A DNA stretch of 64,000 bases from Tubiluchus corallicola. Lineage: Eukaryota; Animalia; Priapulida. The stretch covers positions 1-64,000 of the forward strand of contig JAQGDQ010000825.1 in NCBI GenBank assembly GCA_030141605.1, written 5' to 3'. Each line of letters starts with the position of its first letter. Position 1 is the first letter of the stretch. Positions 1-12,039 of this stretch are shown here, in pieces. Position numbers and translations under genes: made by a program. Under the pieces are notes generated by a model, which saw only the letters and a program-made list of their open reading frames with translations, had not been told where the DNA came from and did not search any database.

Positions 1-410
1 AACAGCATCTTGAGATATCAATTGTCAGCAAATCTAAGGTATCAGCATCTTGAGACATCAATTGTCAGCAAATCTAAGGTATCAGCATCTTGAGATGTCA
101 AATGTCAGCAAATCTAAGGTAACAGCATCTTGAGATGTCAATCGTCAGCAAGTCTAAGGCAACAGCATCTTGAGACATCAAGGTAACAGCATCTTAAGAT
201 ATCAATTGTCAGCAAATCTAAGGTAACAGCATCTTGAGACATCAATTGTCAGCAAATCTAAGGTAACAGCATCTTGAGATATCAATCGTCAGCAAATCTA
301 AGGTATCAGCATCTTGAGACATCAATTGTCAGCAAATCTAAGGTAACAGCATCTTGAGATATCAATCGTCAGCAAATCTAAGGTAACAGCATCTTGAGAC
401 ATCAATCGTC
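1..410. repeat. 40-bp minisatellite (~10 copies, runs off the left edge) in the BIN3 3' UTR, overlapping the stop codon
   Basis: Unit AACAGCATCTTGAGATATCAATTGTCAGCAAATCTAAGGT repeats with period 40; one unit near 181 is truncated. Confidence 0.95.
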
Positions 411-557
411 CGCTACGATTGACAGTTTGCGTATTTCCTGCAGTCGCTTGTCCATTTGATAATCATAGATTTCGTCTGTGTAACTGGCTCCCTTGGAACC
501 GTTCAATTGTTTATCCAGATTCTTATAGACATCAAGAATTTCATTATTATAACGTAT
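402..557 (-). CDS. BIN3: BIN3 (bridging integrator 3, N-BAR protein) coding exon 10 (last)
   Basis: AG acceptor at 558-559; translates IRYNNEILDVYKNLDKQLNG...RLQEIRKLSIVADD*; LSIVADD* is the vertebrate BIN3 C-terminus. Confidence 0.93.
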   Translation of the reverse strand: MRYNNEILDVYKNLDKQLNGSKGASYTDEIYDYQMDKRLQEIRKLSIVADD

Positions 558-676
558 CTGTAAAAACAAATATGAACAGTAAGAACCTGGTGATGCAAAG
601 GCATTTCAGCTTTGAATGTTTAGGAGACGTAATATAATTTCTTCATGCCTACATGTATCATAAATACAGCAAATTA

Positions 677-912
677 CAGGATGTTCCAAAAAAAACAGTG
701 CAGTAGAAATAAGCTGAAAAAAATGTTCCATAAATAATAAACATTCACTTCTACATTATGACACATAATGACGTAAAATAATGTTCTATTTGCACACATC
801 CAATTTTCCTGTCATGTAACTTACTATGAGCACACTTACTAAACTTTGTCTGCTGTGACATGGGCTATCCTTACAGCTTTTGTTAATGCACCGTTTTTTT
901 CGGAACATCCTG
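677..912. mobile_element. Tc1/mariner-type MITE
   Basis: TIR CAGGATGTTCC(A/G)AAAAAAAC(A/G)GTGCA at both ends, flanked by TA at 675-676 and 913-914. Confidence 0.8.
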
Positions 913-1220
913 TATTACTACACCAAAAAACCAATGTTGTCAAAAGCATAAAATATGAAAGGTAAGGATTGACTAAAATAAAATTTATCATGCAGTAAAT
1001 CCATGATACTGACTAACAAACATTAGTAACTGATGAAGTCTTACAAGTGATCTAGTGTTTTTTTTTTCGGTAAAATTATAATCCTTTGACTGACAGATGG
1101 CAAGCCCGATGGCAGTCGTAAAGCTAGGTATCAAATCCTGAAATAAACTCAGATTTTGAGGGCAGATGTTTTCTCACTCTGAGCATTACTCTTATCTCAT
1201 TCTCAGAAACTCGGGCCATA

Positions 1221-2619
1221 AAATTTTCGATAATTTTCTCACAGCATTTTAAAGGATGAGGTCAACTTTTGCTAATTTTCTCACGGCATTTTAAAAGATG
1301 AGGCAAACTTTCGATAATTTTCTCACAGCATTTTAAAAGATGAGGTAAAATTTTCGATAATTTTCTCACAGCATTTTAAAGGATGAGGTCAACTTTTGCT
1401 AATTTTCTCACAGCATTTTAAAAGATGAGGCAAACTTTCGATAATTTTCTCACAGCATTTTAAAAGATGAGGTAAAATTTTCGATAATTTTCTCACAGCA
1501 TTTTAAAGGATGAGGTCAACTTTTGCTAATTTTCTCACGGCATTTTAAAAGATGAGGCAAACTTTCGATAATTTTCTCACAGCATTTTAAAAGATGAGGT
1601 AAAATTTTCGATAATTTTCTCACAGCATTTTAAAGGATGAGGTCAACTTTTGCTAATTTTCTCACGGCATTTTAAAAGATGAGGTAAACTTTCGATAATT
1701 TTCTCACGGCATTTTAAAAGATGAGGTAAACTTTGGATAATTTTCTCACAGCATTTTAAAGGATGAGGTCAACTTTCGATAATTTTCTCATGGCATTTTA
1801 AAAGATGAGGTAAACTTTTGATAATTTTCTCACAGCATTTTAAAAGATGAGGTAAATTTTGATAATTTTCTCACAGCATTTTAAAGGATGAGGTAACTTT
1901 GTAATTTTCTCACCATTTTAAAAGATGAGGTAAACTTTCGATAATTTTCTCACAGCATTTTAAAAGATGAGGTAAACTTTTGATAATTTTCTCACAGCAT
2001 TTTAAAGAAAACAACCACCAAAAGATGAGGTAAACTTTCGATAATTTTCTCACCTCATTTTAAAAGATGAGGTAAACTTTTGATAATTTTCTCACAGCAT
2101 TTTAAAGGATGAGGTAAACTTTTGATAATTTTCTCACCGCATTTTAAAAGATGAGGTAAACTTTTGATAATTTTCTCACAGCATTTTAAAAGATGAGGTA
2201 AATGATAATTTTCTCACCTCATTTTAAAGGATGAGGTCAACTTTCGATAATTTTCTCACAGCATTTTAAAAGATGAGGTAAACTTTTGATAATTTTCTCA
2301 CCTCATTTTAAAAGATGAGGTCAACTTTCGATAATTTTCTCACAGCATGTTAAAAGATAAGGTCAACTTTGGATAATTTTCTCACAGCATTTTAAAAGAT
2401 GAGGTAAACTATCGATAATTTTCTCACAGCATGTTAAAAGATAAGGTCAACTTTCGATAATTTTCTCACAGCATTTTAAAAGATGAGGTAAACTTTCGAT
2501 AATTTTCTCACAGCATGTTAAAAGATAAGGTCAACTTTGGATAATTTTCTCACAGCATTTTAAAAGATGAGGTAAACTTTCGATAATTTTCTCACAGCAT
2601 GTTAAAAGATGAGGTAAAC
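1221..2619. repeat. ~42-bp minisatellite (~33 copies) in a BIN3 intron, with a 127-bp higher-order trimer at its left end
   Basis: Unit GATAATTTTCTCACAGCATTTTAAAAGATGAGGTAAACTTTC; the same variant recurs at 1229, 1356, 1483 and 1610. Confidence 0.95.
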
Positions 2620-2631
2620 AAATTGAAGTAC

Positions 2632-2766
2632 CTGAGCAGTAATAAGGGCAGCAAGAGAAGGCTGAATGTATTGAACACGACCATCATAGAATCTAGGAAC
2701 TTCTTCCATTAAACACGTGTTGAATCGTTCAAACTCGGCCTGCACTGGCGCTAATGATTTCTTTGC
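2632..2766 (-). CDS. BIN3: BIN3 coding exon 9 (135 bp)
   Basis: AG/GT bounded; AKKSLAPVQAEFERFNTCLMEEVPRFYDGRVQYIQPSLAALITAQ aligns with human AREELRPVREDFEAKNRQLLEEMPRFYGSRLDYFQPSFESLIRAQ. Confidence 0.93.
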
Positions 2767-3084
2767 CTAAAGATACAAAACAAAGATTAACTTGCAGCGC
2801 AATGTTTCATATTATTTAAGATATTTATTGGGTAATTACAATTACAATTCACACAATATATATACACTGTTTACAAAGATATAAATACATACATATATAA
2901 TGCTATAAAAACATATACTACATTAGTAACAATACAATGATATAAGTCAAATTTAATAATTGAAACTAAAGACAGAACATCAAACTTTGATGTCTAAACC
3001 CAATGGTACAACATAAATATACATAAACACAAATTTAAGATAGCTGCATACACATATTATATTTATTTTACATAAACGATCTCA

Positions 3085-3235
3085 GTTATACATATACATA
3101 TATATATATATGTGCATAACTGAGTAACTGAGATCGTTTATGTAAAATAAATATATATAAATATATATATATATAAATATTATTTAAAAAAAAACGAACT
3201 ATATATATATATATAAACATATATATATAGTTCCA

Positions 3236-3274
<39 letters not shown>

Positions 3275-3390
3275 TCCGTTCCAAGATGTAATTATTAAAA
3301 ATTTTAAAAAACGAACTATATATATACACACACACATATATATATAGAATTCATTTTTTTTAAATTTTTAATAATTACATCTTGGAACTG
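3085..3390. repeat. (TA)n microsatellite patchwork with a short inverted duplication
   Basis: Several TA runs; GTTCCAAGATGTAATTATTAAAAATTT (~3278-3304) recurs inverted at ~3362-3388. Confidence 0.75.
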
Positions 3391-3641
3391 AAACATTTTA
3401 AAACAAAATTACAAGCAATCTGAAGAATTTCAGAATCATTTGAGCCTAATAATAATTTCAGTTTGACATCATCTGATAAGTAAGTAGAGTTTGAATATTA
3501 GCACCAATTTCTGTATAAATGATATTTCTTAGCTGTTCATATCTACTACAGTGTAAGAGCATTTCTGTTTAGTCCTCTATTTCTTGTTTGTTTGGGTTAC
3601 ATTGTGGGTTACATTGTTCTGGTGTTCAGCTTTGTCTAAAC

Positions 3642-4116
3642 AAGGGGTGTGCAAATTGCGGCCCGTCGAGAGAATTTGTGCGAAGAGATTTGTCAACCTA
3701 ATGAAAGTGCGGCCCGGGCGATTAATTGAGTGTATCCAGCTGAAGTCCGTGCCACCATCCCAAAGATAGTGCAGGTAGTTTTTTCTACTAGATCGGATGC
3801 CATTAACCCTTACAAGACGGTTGTAGCTTAATGTCACTGTACTACACAGACTGTGTGATACACATTACTAATATGGATTGTAATGAAATTACCACTATCT
3901 GTCCTGAAAGTAGAAATATATGGTTTGTAATATAAATTTTAATAACTTCTAAAATAGTTTCTTGAGTGTAGTAGTAATGATGTACGAAGGTCGGATGCAA
4001 AAAAATCGTTATTGGGCCTTTCTGTACTTGGCTCCTTGATCAAACTGCATGTGGCCCACAGGAATTGTGGGAAAGTTTAATGTGGCCCGGCTAGTCAGAT
4101 AATTGGCACACCCCTT
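3642..4116 (-). mobile_element. hAT (Charlie-like) MITE family A, copy 1
   Basis: Termini AGGGGTGTGCAAATT...GCACACCCCT; 8-bp TSD GTCTAAAC/TTCTAAAC; inverted homolog of 16648-17040 and 49494-49953. Confidence 0.85.
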
Positions 4117-4499
4117 TTCTAAACCTCTAGTGATACATACTGTAGAAATGATCCTTAAATATCTTTCATACATCATAGAACAACAGTGACATTAAGTTAG
4201 CAGTAACACCAGTAGTAAAATTGCCTATAGTGAGCCTGGATGAAATTGAAGATTGCAGATATATTTACTACAGAATGGATTAGAGAATGTCCTCTTTTTA
4301 AGAAAGAAGGACTCACGTGAAGATACATTTTAACATAAATAATGGGCGGGCGGGTTTCCAAAAAATCGGCAGTTTGTCCGGGTTTTGTGGGTATGTTTTA
4401 ATACACTACATTCACGGGTGATATGTTCATAAAATTATTTATATTTAAATTAAATAGTAGAAATACTTTATTATAAAAAAACAAAAACAATAGACTTAC

Positions 4500-4580
4500 C
4501 TGATCTAGCTTTACAATATTAGTTCCAGTTTTTTCCTTTTGTTGATACTTTTGTACTTTGGCAAACCTCTGATTACAATC
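4500..4580 (-). CDS. BIN3: BIN3 coding exon 8 (81 bp)
   Basis: AG/GTAAG bounded; DCNQRFAKVQKYQQKEKTGTNIVKLDQ vs human DYRRLQAKVEKYEEKEKTGPVLAKLHQ. Confidence 0.92.
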
Positions 4581-4611
4581 CTATGAAAAAGTGACAATAT
4601 ACTAAACTGTA

Positions 4612-4647
4612 ACTACAACCACAACAGTAGCAGCAACAGCAGCAGCA

Positions 4648-4695
<48 letters not shown>

Positions 4696-5180
4696 ACAAC
4701 CGCAGCAGCAACAGCAACAACAACAACCACAACAGCAGCAGCAGCAGCAGCAACAGCAACAACAACCACAACAGCAACAGCAACAACAACAGCAACACCA
4801 ACAACAACAGCAACAGCAGCAGCAGCAATAACAACAGCAGCAGCAACAGCAACAACAACAGCAGCAGCAATAGCAACAACAACCACAACAGCAACAGCAG
4901 CAGCAGCAGCAGCAACAACAACAACAACAACCACAACAACAACCACAACAGCAACAGCAGCAGCAACAGCAACAGCAACAACCACAACAACAGCAACAAC
5001 AACAGCAACAGCAGTAGCAACAACAACAGCAACAGCAGCAGTAGCAGCAGCAACAGCAACAACCACAACAGCAACAACAACCACAACAGCAACAGCAGCA
5101 GCAACAGCAACAACAACAACCACAACAACAGCAACAACAACAACAACAACAGCAGTAGCAACAACAACAACAACAACAAC
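4612..5180. repeat. Imperfect (CAA/CAG)n trinucleotide microsatellite, intronic
   Basis: About 570 bp of mixed CAA/CAG triplets; source of the poly-C/V/L pseudo-ORFs. Confidence 0.95.
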
Positions 5181-5895
5181 ATGCATTAAATGTATTGTAA
5201 AAAAAACGGCCACTACGCACATTCGTCCTTAAGCTCATTGTCAATGCAACAGCATTAGAAAGCCAAATTATTCTTTTATGAATTTATCTGTTTTAGGTAA
5301 TTTGCCTCTACTAAGAATTGTCAAGAAGGTATATGCGATCAATCAATTCTTATGTTGTCGTGGACAGGTTTCAAAAAAATTCTCGTGGACGAGATGATGA
5401 CATTTTTGTGATGGCTAATTGGCCAATAGCATAGCAAATCAGAATTTATTATCGCGTTAACTAGTCCTTGAAAATGAGGTGCTTGAAGCAGTTGTAAACC
5501 CATTTCAGTGAGGCTGCTCACTAGTTGATGTTTGATCAGGTAAGAGCTAATTAGATTTTAGTAGCGATTGAGAATTAAGCAAGAAAATAAATTTTCCTTA
5601 ATTTCTCCCACGGAAAATTCTAAATGATGTCACAACAGAACACAGCAAAAATATGTGAAAATGGAACTATTTAGATGTTGTAAGTATTAAATACCGATTA
5701 ACTACACAGAGAAAGTAGCACTTGGTACTCAAATAAGAAGATAACAGATCGATGGCAGATGAAAACGAGGTACTCGATTCGCAATTATCGTCTATATGTT
5801 CTGATGAACTCTGTTTAGGAACGATTACATGATACACAGAAACTATGCATCAGTGTATCGACACACCAACTCAACAGATACACTTGTTGTTGGCA

Positions 5896-6833
5896 TAGTG
5901 TTACCATACGTCCGGGTTTCCCCAGACCCCGGACACGTCCTCTTTTTGGGCCTCTGTCCGGACAGGTTTTCAAAAAATCGGCAGTTTGTCCGGGTTTTGC
6001 CTCAATCCGTAAGTATGTACGGACGCTGCCAACTGCAGAGGCTTAGGACAGTACAAGACAAAGAAAAGCTCGTTAATTTTCAATACAAGATGTTGCTAAC
6101 ATCTCAAAATGCAACCCTTGTAAAACCTTTGTGTACATATTTACTGAACAAAAGTAAGCGATGCGCACATCACTATGGGTCACACGACTCACACCGCTGT
6201 CGATACTCGGCGTATTCGCTAACGACTTAATATGACGTCAGCTTCAGGGAGCCATTTTGTTTGTTTTTATGTGAATTTCTTTAAATTTGGATAGTTTCAG
6301 TTTTGAGCAACTTGTAAAAGTTAATTAGAAAGTAGCAATGCCGAAACATCAGTGTGCATTAAAAGATGAAATGGAGGCCAAGTACCCGTGTTTTCACGCA
6401 GGTCGATATTACTGGGAAGCCGAATGCTCGACATGTGGTGGCGGAACTTTCATCTCTGTTGCAAATAAAGGTGCGCTCGAAGCAAATAAAAGTGTCCTCT
6501 TTTTCAACTCACACAATATGGTAACCAAAGTGTCCTCTTTTTCAACTCAGACAATATGGTAACCAAAGTGTCCTCTTTTTCAACTCAGACAATATGGTAA
6601 CCAAAGTGTCCTCTTTCTCAACTCAGACAATATGGTAACCAAAGTGTCCTCTTTCTCAACTCAGACAATATGGTAACCAAAGTGTCCTCTTTCTCAACTC
6701 AGACAATATGGTAACCAAAGTGTCCTCTTTTTCAACTCAGACAATATGGTAACCAAAGTGTCCTCTTTCTCAACTCAGACAATATGGTAACCAAAGTGTC
6801 CTCTTTTTCAACTCAGACAATATGGCAACTCTA
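5896..6833 (+). mobile_element. Internally deleted hAT (Blackjack-like) transposon with an N-terminal transposase remnant
   Basis: Termini TAGTGTTACCATA...TATGGCAACTCTA; perfect 8-bp TSD TGTTGGCA (5888-5895, 6834-6841); ORF 6338 MPKHQC..KYPCF..WEAECSTC..ISVANKG resembles the BED-finger start of hAT transposases. Confidence 0.8.
6489..6830. repeat. 38-bp tandem repeat (9 copies) made of the right end of the hAT element
   Basis: Unit AAAGTGTCCTCTTTTTCAACTCAGACAATATGGTAACC. Confidence 0.92.
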
Positions 6834-6878
6834 TGTTGGCATGTCATCAACACATTTTTAGCAGCAACATTCACTTAC

Positions 6879-6942
6879 ATGAAGCATCACCTCCCGCTTC
6901 TTTATGGCACCACTAATGTTTGGAATATGCACGCTAGTATAG
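6879..6942 (-). CDS. BIN3: BIN3 coding exon 7 (64 bp)
   Basis: TTTTTCAG/GTAAGT bounded; YTSVHIPNISGAIKKREVMLH vs human FGSVFPSLNMAVKRREQALQ; phases fit both neighbouring exons. Confidence 0.88.
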
Positions 6943-8237
6943 CTGAAAAATGAACAACGATTGAATACTGGGAAACACTAAATGTTAAGTTGTGAAAAAG
7001 CTCAGGTTTTGAAAATCAAATTCGATTAGATTATCATTATAGTTTAGATTAGAAAGTTTAAATCAGAAAGTAATATTTTAAGCTGAAATATTAGTAATGA
7101 TAATGTACACAAGCAAATGATATTAATCACAAGCAAATGATATTTATCACATTTTTATTGCAGTTCTGGTCAGTATGACACTCCACAAGCTGCCATGCCA
7201 TTCCATTCTGTAGCACTAATGTTTTCTTTATCACACGATTCACTTCAAATTTTCAGATTATTTTCATTACTTTTTTTCTTTCACAGTGTGGGACAATCTA
7301 ACAAGCCCTGCTTTTTGATTGCCCGCAACACATTTACATTTGTATATAGCAAACCTAAACTATGGTATATCTAAACTAGTTATGCGCTCGAAGTAAACTG
7401 TATAGGAATTTACTAAGCAACATGCAACAGCGATAATTCTCTTGTTTATCTTTCAACCCCACAGTGTTTTGAGAGTCAAGTTAGTATATTTGTAATGATG
7501 CTGTACATAACGTTGTTTAGACACCAGTATTAAAGGAAGTAGCGATATCACTATCTTTGTTTACCATAGGTTGACCTACGTCTAAAGACAGTTTAAATCA
7601 TTTTTTCCAAAATTTGCTTCCTATTATGTATCTTACTGTTTGTCATTCATTGAATTATTGATAACTTTTTGTTTGTTTAATGTATTAATTGTGTATTTGT
7701 GTTGATGTGAAATAAATAAACAAAAAAATAATGTACTATTTAATAGTAGCACCTACTTAATGCAGTGCAAGAAATATTAGATGCTGCCCTGGCAGAGGTG
7801 CCACAGTCATACTTGGAAGGGGGTATACATCCTCTTTCAATGACGGAAAGACACAAGGCAGTATGGAAGATGAAACTGCCTAGCCTTCAATGAGGTTTGA
7901 AACTACTGGTACTCATTCATTTGCTGAATAGCCTCAGCACTGCTTAACTTCAGTTGCTAAGCACGTACCATGACTACTGCGCTATTATGCTTGCACCAAA
8001 TGTGCCAATATTATCATTTGCCCCATTCTTAGGGACAGGGTGCAGGACGTATACTTGCGTAGTCGTACAGTTTGCAAAAAGACCCAGTTCAATTCAGTTC
8101 AATTTTTGTATGCTTCAAACATAGGAGTGTAGAAGAAACACACAGTTAGCTGGCTTAGTGCAAAAGTCTAACAGTTAATTGTGTTTACAGAGAAAACTAT
8201 ATTAAACATGTTTCATGGTACTCGGAAACAGATTATT

Positions 8238-8879
8238 GTATGCTTGCATAGCAAAATGGTCCATAAGTCGGCAATTAACCTTTTCTAGTTATTCACGCAT
8301 CCCGAATCTCCATTTCATAGGATCATTTTGATACTAAGATCATCACTCCATGTTATTTGTAAGCTGAGATAATCTACATTGAAGCTGAGGTGAAGGCTAC
8401 GCACTGAAAAACATAATCTTTAGAAAATCACTGCTAAAGTCAACAATTGTTTTTTGTCGCTTCTTTACAATACACTAGGCAAACGTACTAAGGTGTGGTT
8501 GCTACGGACTTTACAACAGCACACTGAAGTTATGTTTAAATCCAGCAGATGGCTCTTCCTTACAAAGATCTGGGTTTGTCAACAAAGCAAAATGACAGCT
8601 TCCAAGAGCTACTATCGGAGCTTGAAAATACAAGTTTTTATAGTTGCAGTACTAGTTTGTAGCCAGATAAGTGGGTATGGGTTGTAAAACTAAATTTTTC
8701 ATTTTTTTGGACATTTTCCTAACAATTTGATGCTAGAATGAAAAAGTCCAATATATTTAGCATTTGTTTTCATAAAAAAAATTAGCATTTGACCAAATTT
8801 TTGGTGCATTCTACTCTGAAGTATCATAACGTACTTTTAACCACGCCAACTTATGGACGATTTGGGTTTGCAAGCACAC
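8238..8879. mobile_element. Non-autonomous TIR element family B, copy 1
   Basis: ~35-bp imperfect TIR GT(A/G)TGCTTGC...CCATAAGT(C/T)GGC; interior is the reverse complement of 17549-18189; TSD not resolved. Confidence 0.75.
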
Positions 8880-9260
8880 TTATAGTGATTTCATCTTCAT
8901 AGGTCTTCATAGAGGGCTTTCTAGAGGATTGAACACTTCCAATAGGACAGATGACTTCTTTGAAGACAGAAGACCTCCAAGAGGTCTTCCTAGATGCCAT
9001 AGCTCTTACTAGAAGACTTTCTAAAAGACAGGGGACTTGTTGGAGGACAGAGGATCTCCTTGTGTGAATCAGAACAAAGACCCTAAATTAAACTAAATGT
9101 TTCCATTGCGCGAAGGAGACTGTCTCACTGCTCAAGTAATACAAAAATACCCGCATAATGCAAGTTGAAACAAAACTGTCATTTTTCTACTAAACTAAAA
9201 AAATCTAGACAACCATCTAATTGCTTAAACTACACGCTATATGATGCAAATTGTACAAAC

Positions 9261-9301
9261 CGTCTTAAAGGCTCCGTCATCACTTTATGCATTGCATTCG
9301 T
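9261..9301 (-). CDS. BIN3: BIN3 coding exon 6 (41 bp)
   Basis: TTTTTTCAG/GT bounded; TNAMHKVMTEPLRR vs human VNQIQKTVIEPLKK. Confidence 0.88.
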
Positions 9302-9329
9302 CTGAAAAAACACACATTTTGACATGTGA

Positions 9330-9699
9330 ATGTTACAAAGGAATTACTATCGTCTTTTGTCTGGTCGCTACAGCAACAGGTTGCACGCAAAACTGCTCGC
9401 TGGTCACTTGATACACAAACCGCTAGTAATACAGTAGTAGCGTCAGTGGTCAGTTGGGAAGCAAAAACATGTATAATAATTACACTGTTTACATTAATAT
9501 GGCATTTTCAGAACAGAATGACGCAATAAGTGCCGTTTTAATGCATAAAAATAGGTAAAAATTTTGTTAATCAAATAAAAATTTGCCTTGAGCAAAGTAA
9601 AAAAATCGTCGTTAAAGCAAAATGTGTGTCGTTGAGTGAAAAAAGGTGTCAAACGATGGGCGCCGCTAAAATGAAACGTCGTTAAGCGAGGGCTGACTG
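9330..9699 (-). mobile_element. pogo/Tigger-like DNA transposon end fragment
   Basis: Minus-strand terminus TA|CAGTCAGCCCTCGCTTAACGAC; the other end was not found and the left boundary is approximate. Confidence 0.45.
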
Positions 9700-9722
9700 T
9701 AAATGAGCATTCTAGTACGTAC

Positions 9723-9859
9723 CAGTTCAGATGTGCTATGATTCAAAACGGGTAATTTCTGTTCATAACCATCAACCGCTTGCCCAGCTTCTTTATCATG
9801 ATGCGTTAGTGAACTAGATTTCAAATTCTGACAAAGTCTCATTTCTCCTTTCATCAGTG
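9723..9859 (-). CDS. BIN3: BIN3 coding exon 5 (137 bp)
   Basis: AG/GT bounded; ALMKGEMRLCQNLKSSSLTHHDKEAGQAVDGYEQKLPVLNHSTSEL; phases 1 and 0 fit the neighbours; corresponds to human AMSKSAVKISLDLLSNPL... Confidence 0.87.
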
Positions 9860-11283
9860 CTAAATTAATAAAAAAAACAGCTTAATGCAAGTGACATTAA
9901 AGAAGTGAAAGCAATAGTTCTATTTAAAAGTTGCAATAGAGGTTACGTGTAGTTTATCCTCCAGGAAGCTGTTAAATCTAAAGAACAGTGTGGTAATTAT
10001 ATTGTTTAGGAAACAATTTGATGAAATGCATTTTGTTACGCAGTTGTGCTATAAAAAAGGTTTTTTTAGACTTAGACTTAGCAGAAAGTTGTAGTATCTT
10101 AGGGAGGTGCTGCCATCTTTTGGTTGTTTGCCAGTAAAAATAATTTACCTATTTCTTAAGCTGTTTACTGTACTATCTATTTACATACCATTTACTGGGT
10201 TTCAACTAAAGTTAATGAGGTGTAACAGGAGTCCTGGCTATTGTATGTTGGGCAGTAGTAGTTCAGGTTTCATAGTCTGCTGGTGAAGTTCAGATTTCAA
10301 ATTTCATAATGTAGTTTGTTAAGGTATGTTTGCTTCAAATTATATTTTGTGGTTTTTTGATTTGCCTAAACTGAGGCTAGTGCTTTAAATTTAATTGTTG
10401 TTGTAGTGTGTTAAGCCTAAGTGAATTATTAAGTTCTAAATGTTGCTTTTTACTTTTATTATTTCAGACTGCAATTTATGTTGAAACCACCCCCACCCCT
10501 CTACACCGCCTTCACTTCTTTTTTTTTTGAGCACAGTAATAAAGGAAATCAACCTTTGCCAAAGTGTTCATCATTTTTTATTGAGGTTATGGGTTACAGA
10601 CATGGAGACAGACAAACTGGACAAACCAGTCATTTATTAGGCCGCTAACCTGCTATGAAATCTTACGCTTACAGATACAAACAGCTAGTTGACAAATAAT
10701 TATTCATGTATGCTTCTCTAGTGGACAATGCAAAGGAGAAATAAGCAACAACGAGGAACAGATGATCACATTAAAACTGGCATTTCAATTGGTAGTTCAA
10801 GACTTAGTTCGTTTTTTACTATTTCTCATTTCAAGTCATCAATTTTTATTTCCAATAATCAAACCAACAACAGACTTATTAACGCCTCACATCATATCCA
10901 CACTGTGCACAATCACACCACGCCCACTCTCATCGGGAGTACTCATTGGGTACTGACCGCCTTTACACTTGAACACAGTCCGGCCCAGCCAGGCCCAGTC
11001 AAGACAAATGCAAAATAAGAGGCTACTTTACGCATTTAATACGAAAGATTCATTTCTTAAATATGACACACAAGTTCAAATGTCTCTAGAAGCTTTTAGT
11101 ACTTAAACAGGAGCTACTTCTTTCTGGTCTCTAGGACAGCGGGTAAAATCTGTCAACATTTTCCCATTTTTGGTCATGTGCGAATGTAACTCAAATTCTA
11201 AAGTGTGAGTACTTAAAGAAACTAAGCACCTGTACAAGTCAGCTGAGTACCGGATAAAGAGAAATCTACATTATAATATTTAC

Positions 11284-11345
11284 CAGTTGTTGAGTCTGAA
11301 TACTTCTTCATGTCTTTGTGCAATTTCTTTGCTGCATATTCTAAT
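11284..11345 (-). CDS. BIN3: BIN3 coding exon 4 (62 bp)
   Basis: TTTTGCAG/GTAA bounded; LEYAAKKLHKDMKKYSDSTT vs human LEEQTRRLQKDMKKSTDADL. Confidence 0.9.
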
Positions 11346-12039
11346 CTGCAAAATAGCGAATGTAATATCTAACTCGTAAATATATGTAATATATTAACCT
11401 ATATAATTCGATAACAACAAACGTGCCTGGTGGGACTCTCAGAAAGAGATATATAGCTCTTTAGAAAGAGGAAGAACAGGGCTACACGATGATGTAGGCT
11501 ATATTTTAGGACACGTCCACGAAGAGGAGTACTGACGAGTTAATTAGATGTTCTATTTTTGGCAATTTTCGCTTGGAAAACTGCTGACGCAAAGCCATTG
11601 TTCTGGCATTATCCATTATACTCTGCCTTTAACTTTATAACTTTAATTCAGTAAAAGCTGCTGCTGGCTTTGCATTATAAATGAGGACTGTGTAGGATGT
11701 TCGCGTATTTTTGATTATGAGTGTAATTATACGCAAATTTTTTGTGGGGCCTTTGCTAGTATATAATTATTATAATGAGCAGAATCTTGTATTAACAATT
11801 TCAGCTCAAATAAGATAAATGAAATGCAAGGCTTAACACATGAACATATTTATCATTTTGAATAACTATCGTGTGTGAGAATCTCTGGTCACGGGTGAGT
11901 TTATGCAAGAGAACATTAATGTGGTATTGACTTGTAGGAATTAAATGTGGCATGCAAGAAAACACAAAAAGAATATTTAGTATCGACAATTTGTAACAAA
12001 GTGTTTCTAATAATTTCTAATAATATGTTCTAAATCTAA

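Noticed and set aside
1221-2619. Regularly spaced ~40-bp repeats (also 1-410, 6489-6830, 61230-62921) as CRISPR arrays
   Set aside because: Units are contiguous with no unique spacers, there are no cas genes, and the context is eukaryotic introns/UTR
4573-5244. Poly-Cys/Val/Leu ORFs (also the poly-T/L/S ORFs at 14711, 35439, 42659, 43856)
   Set aside because: Stop-free frames of trinucleotide microsatellites
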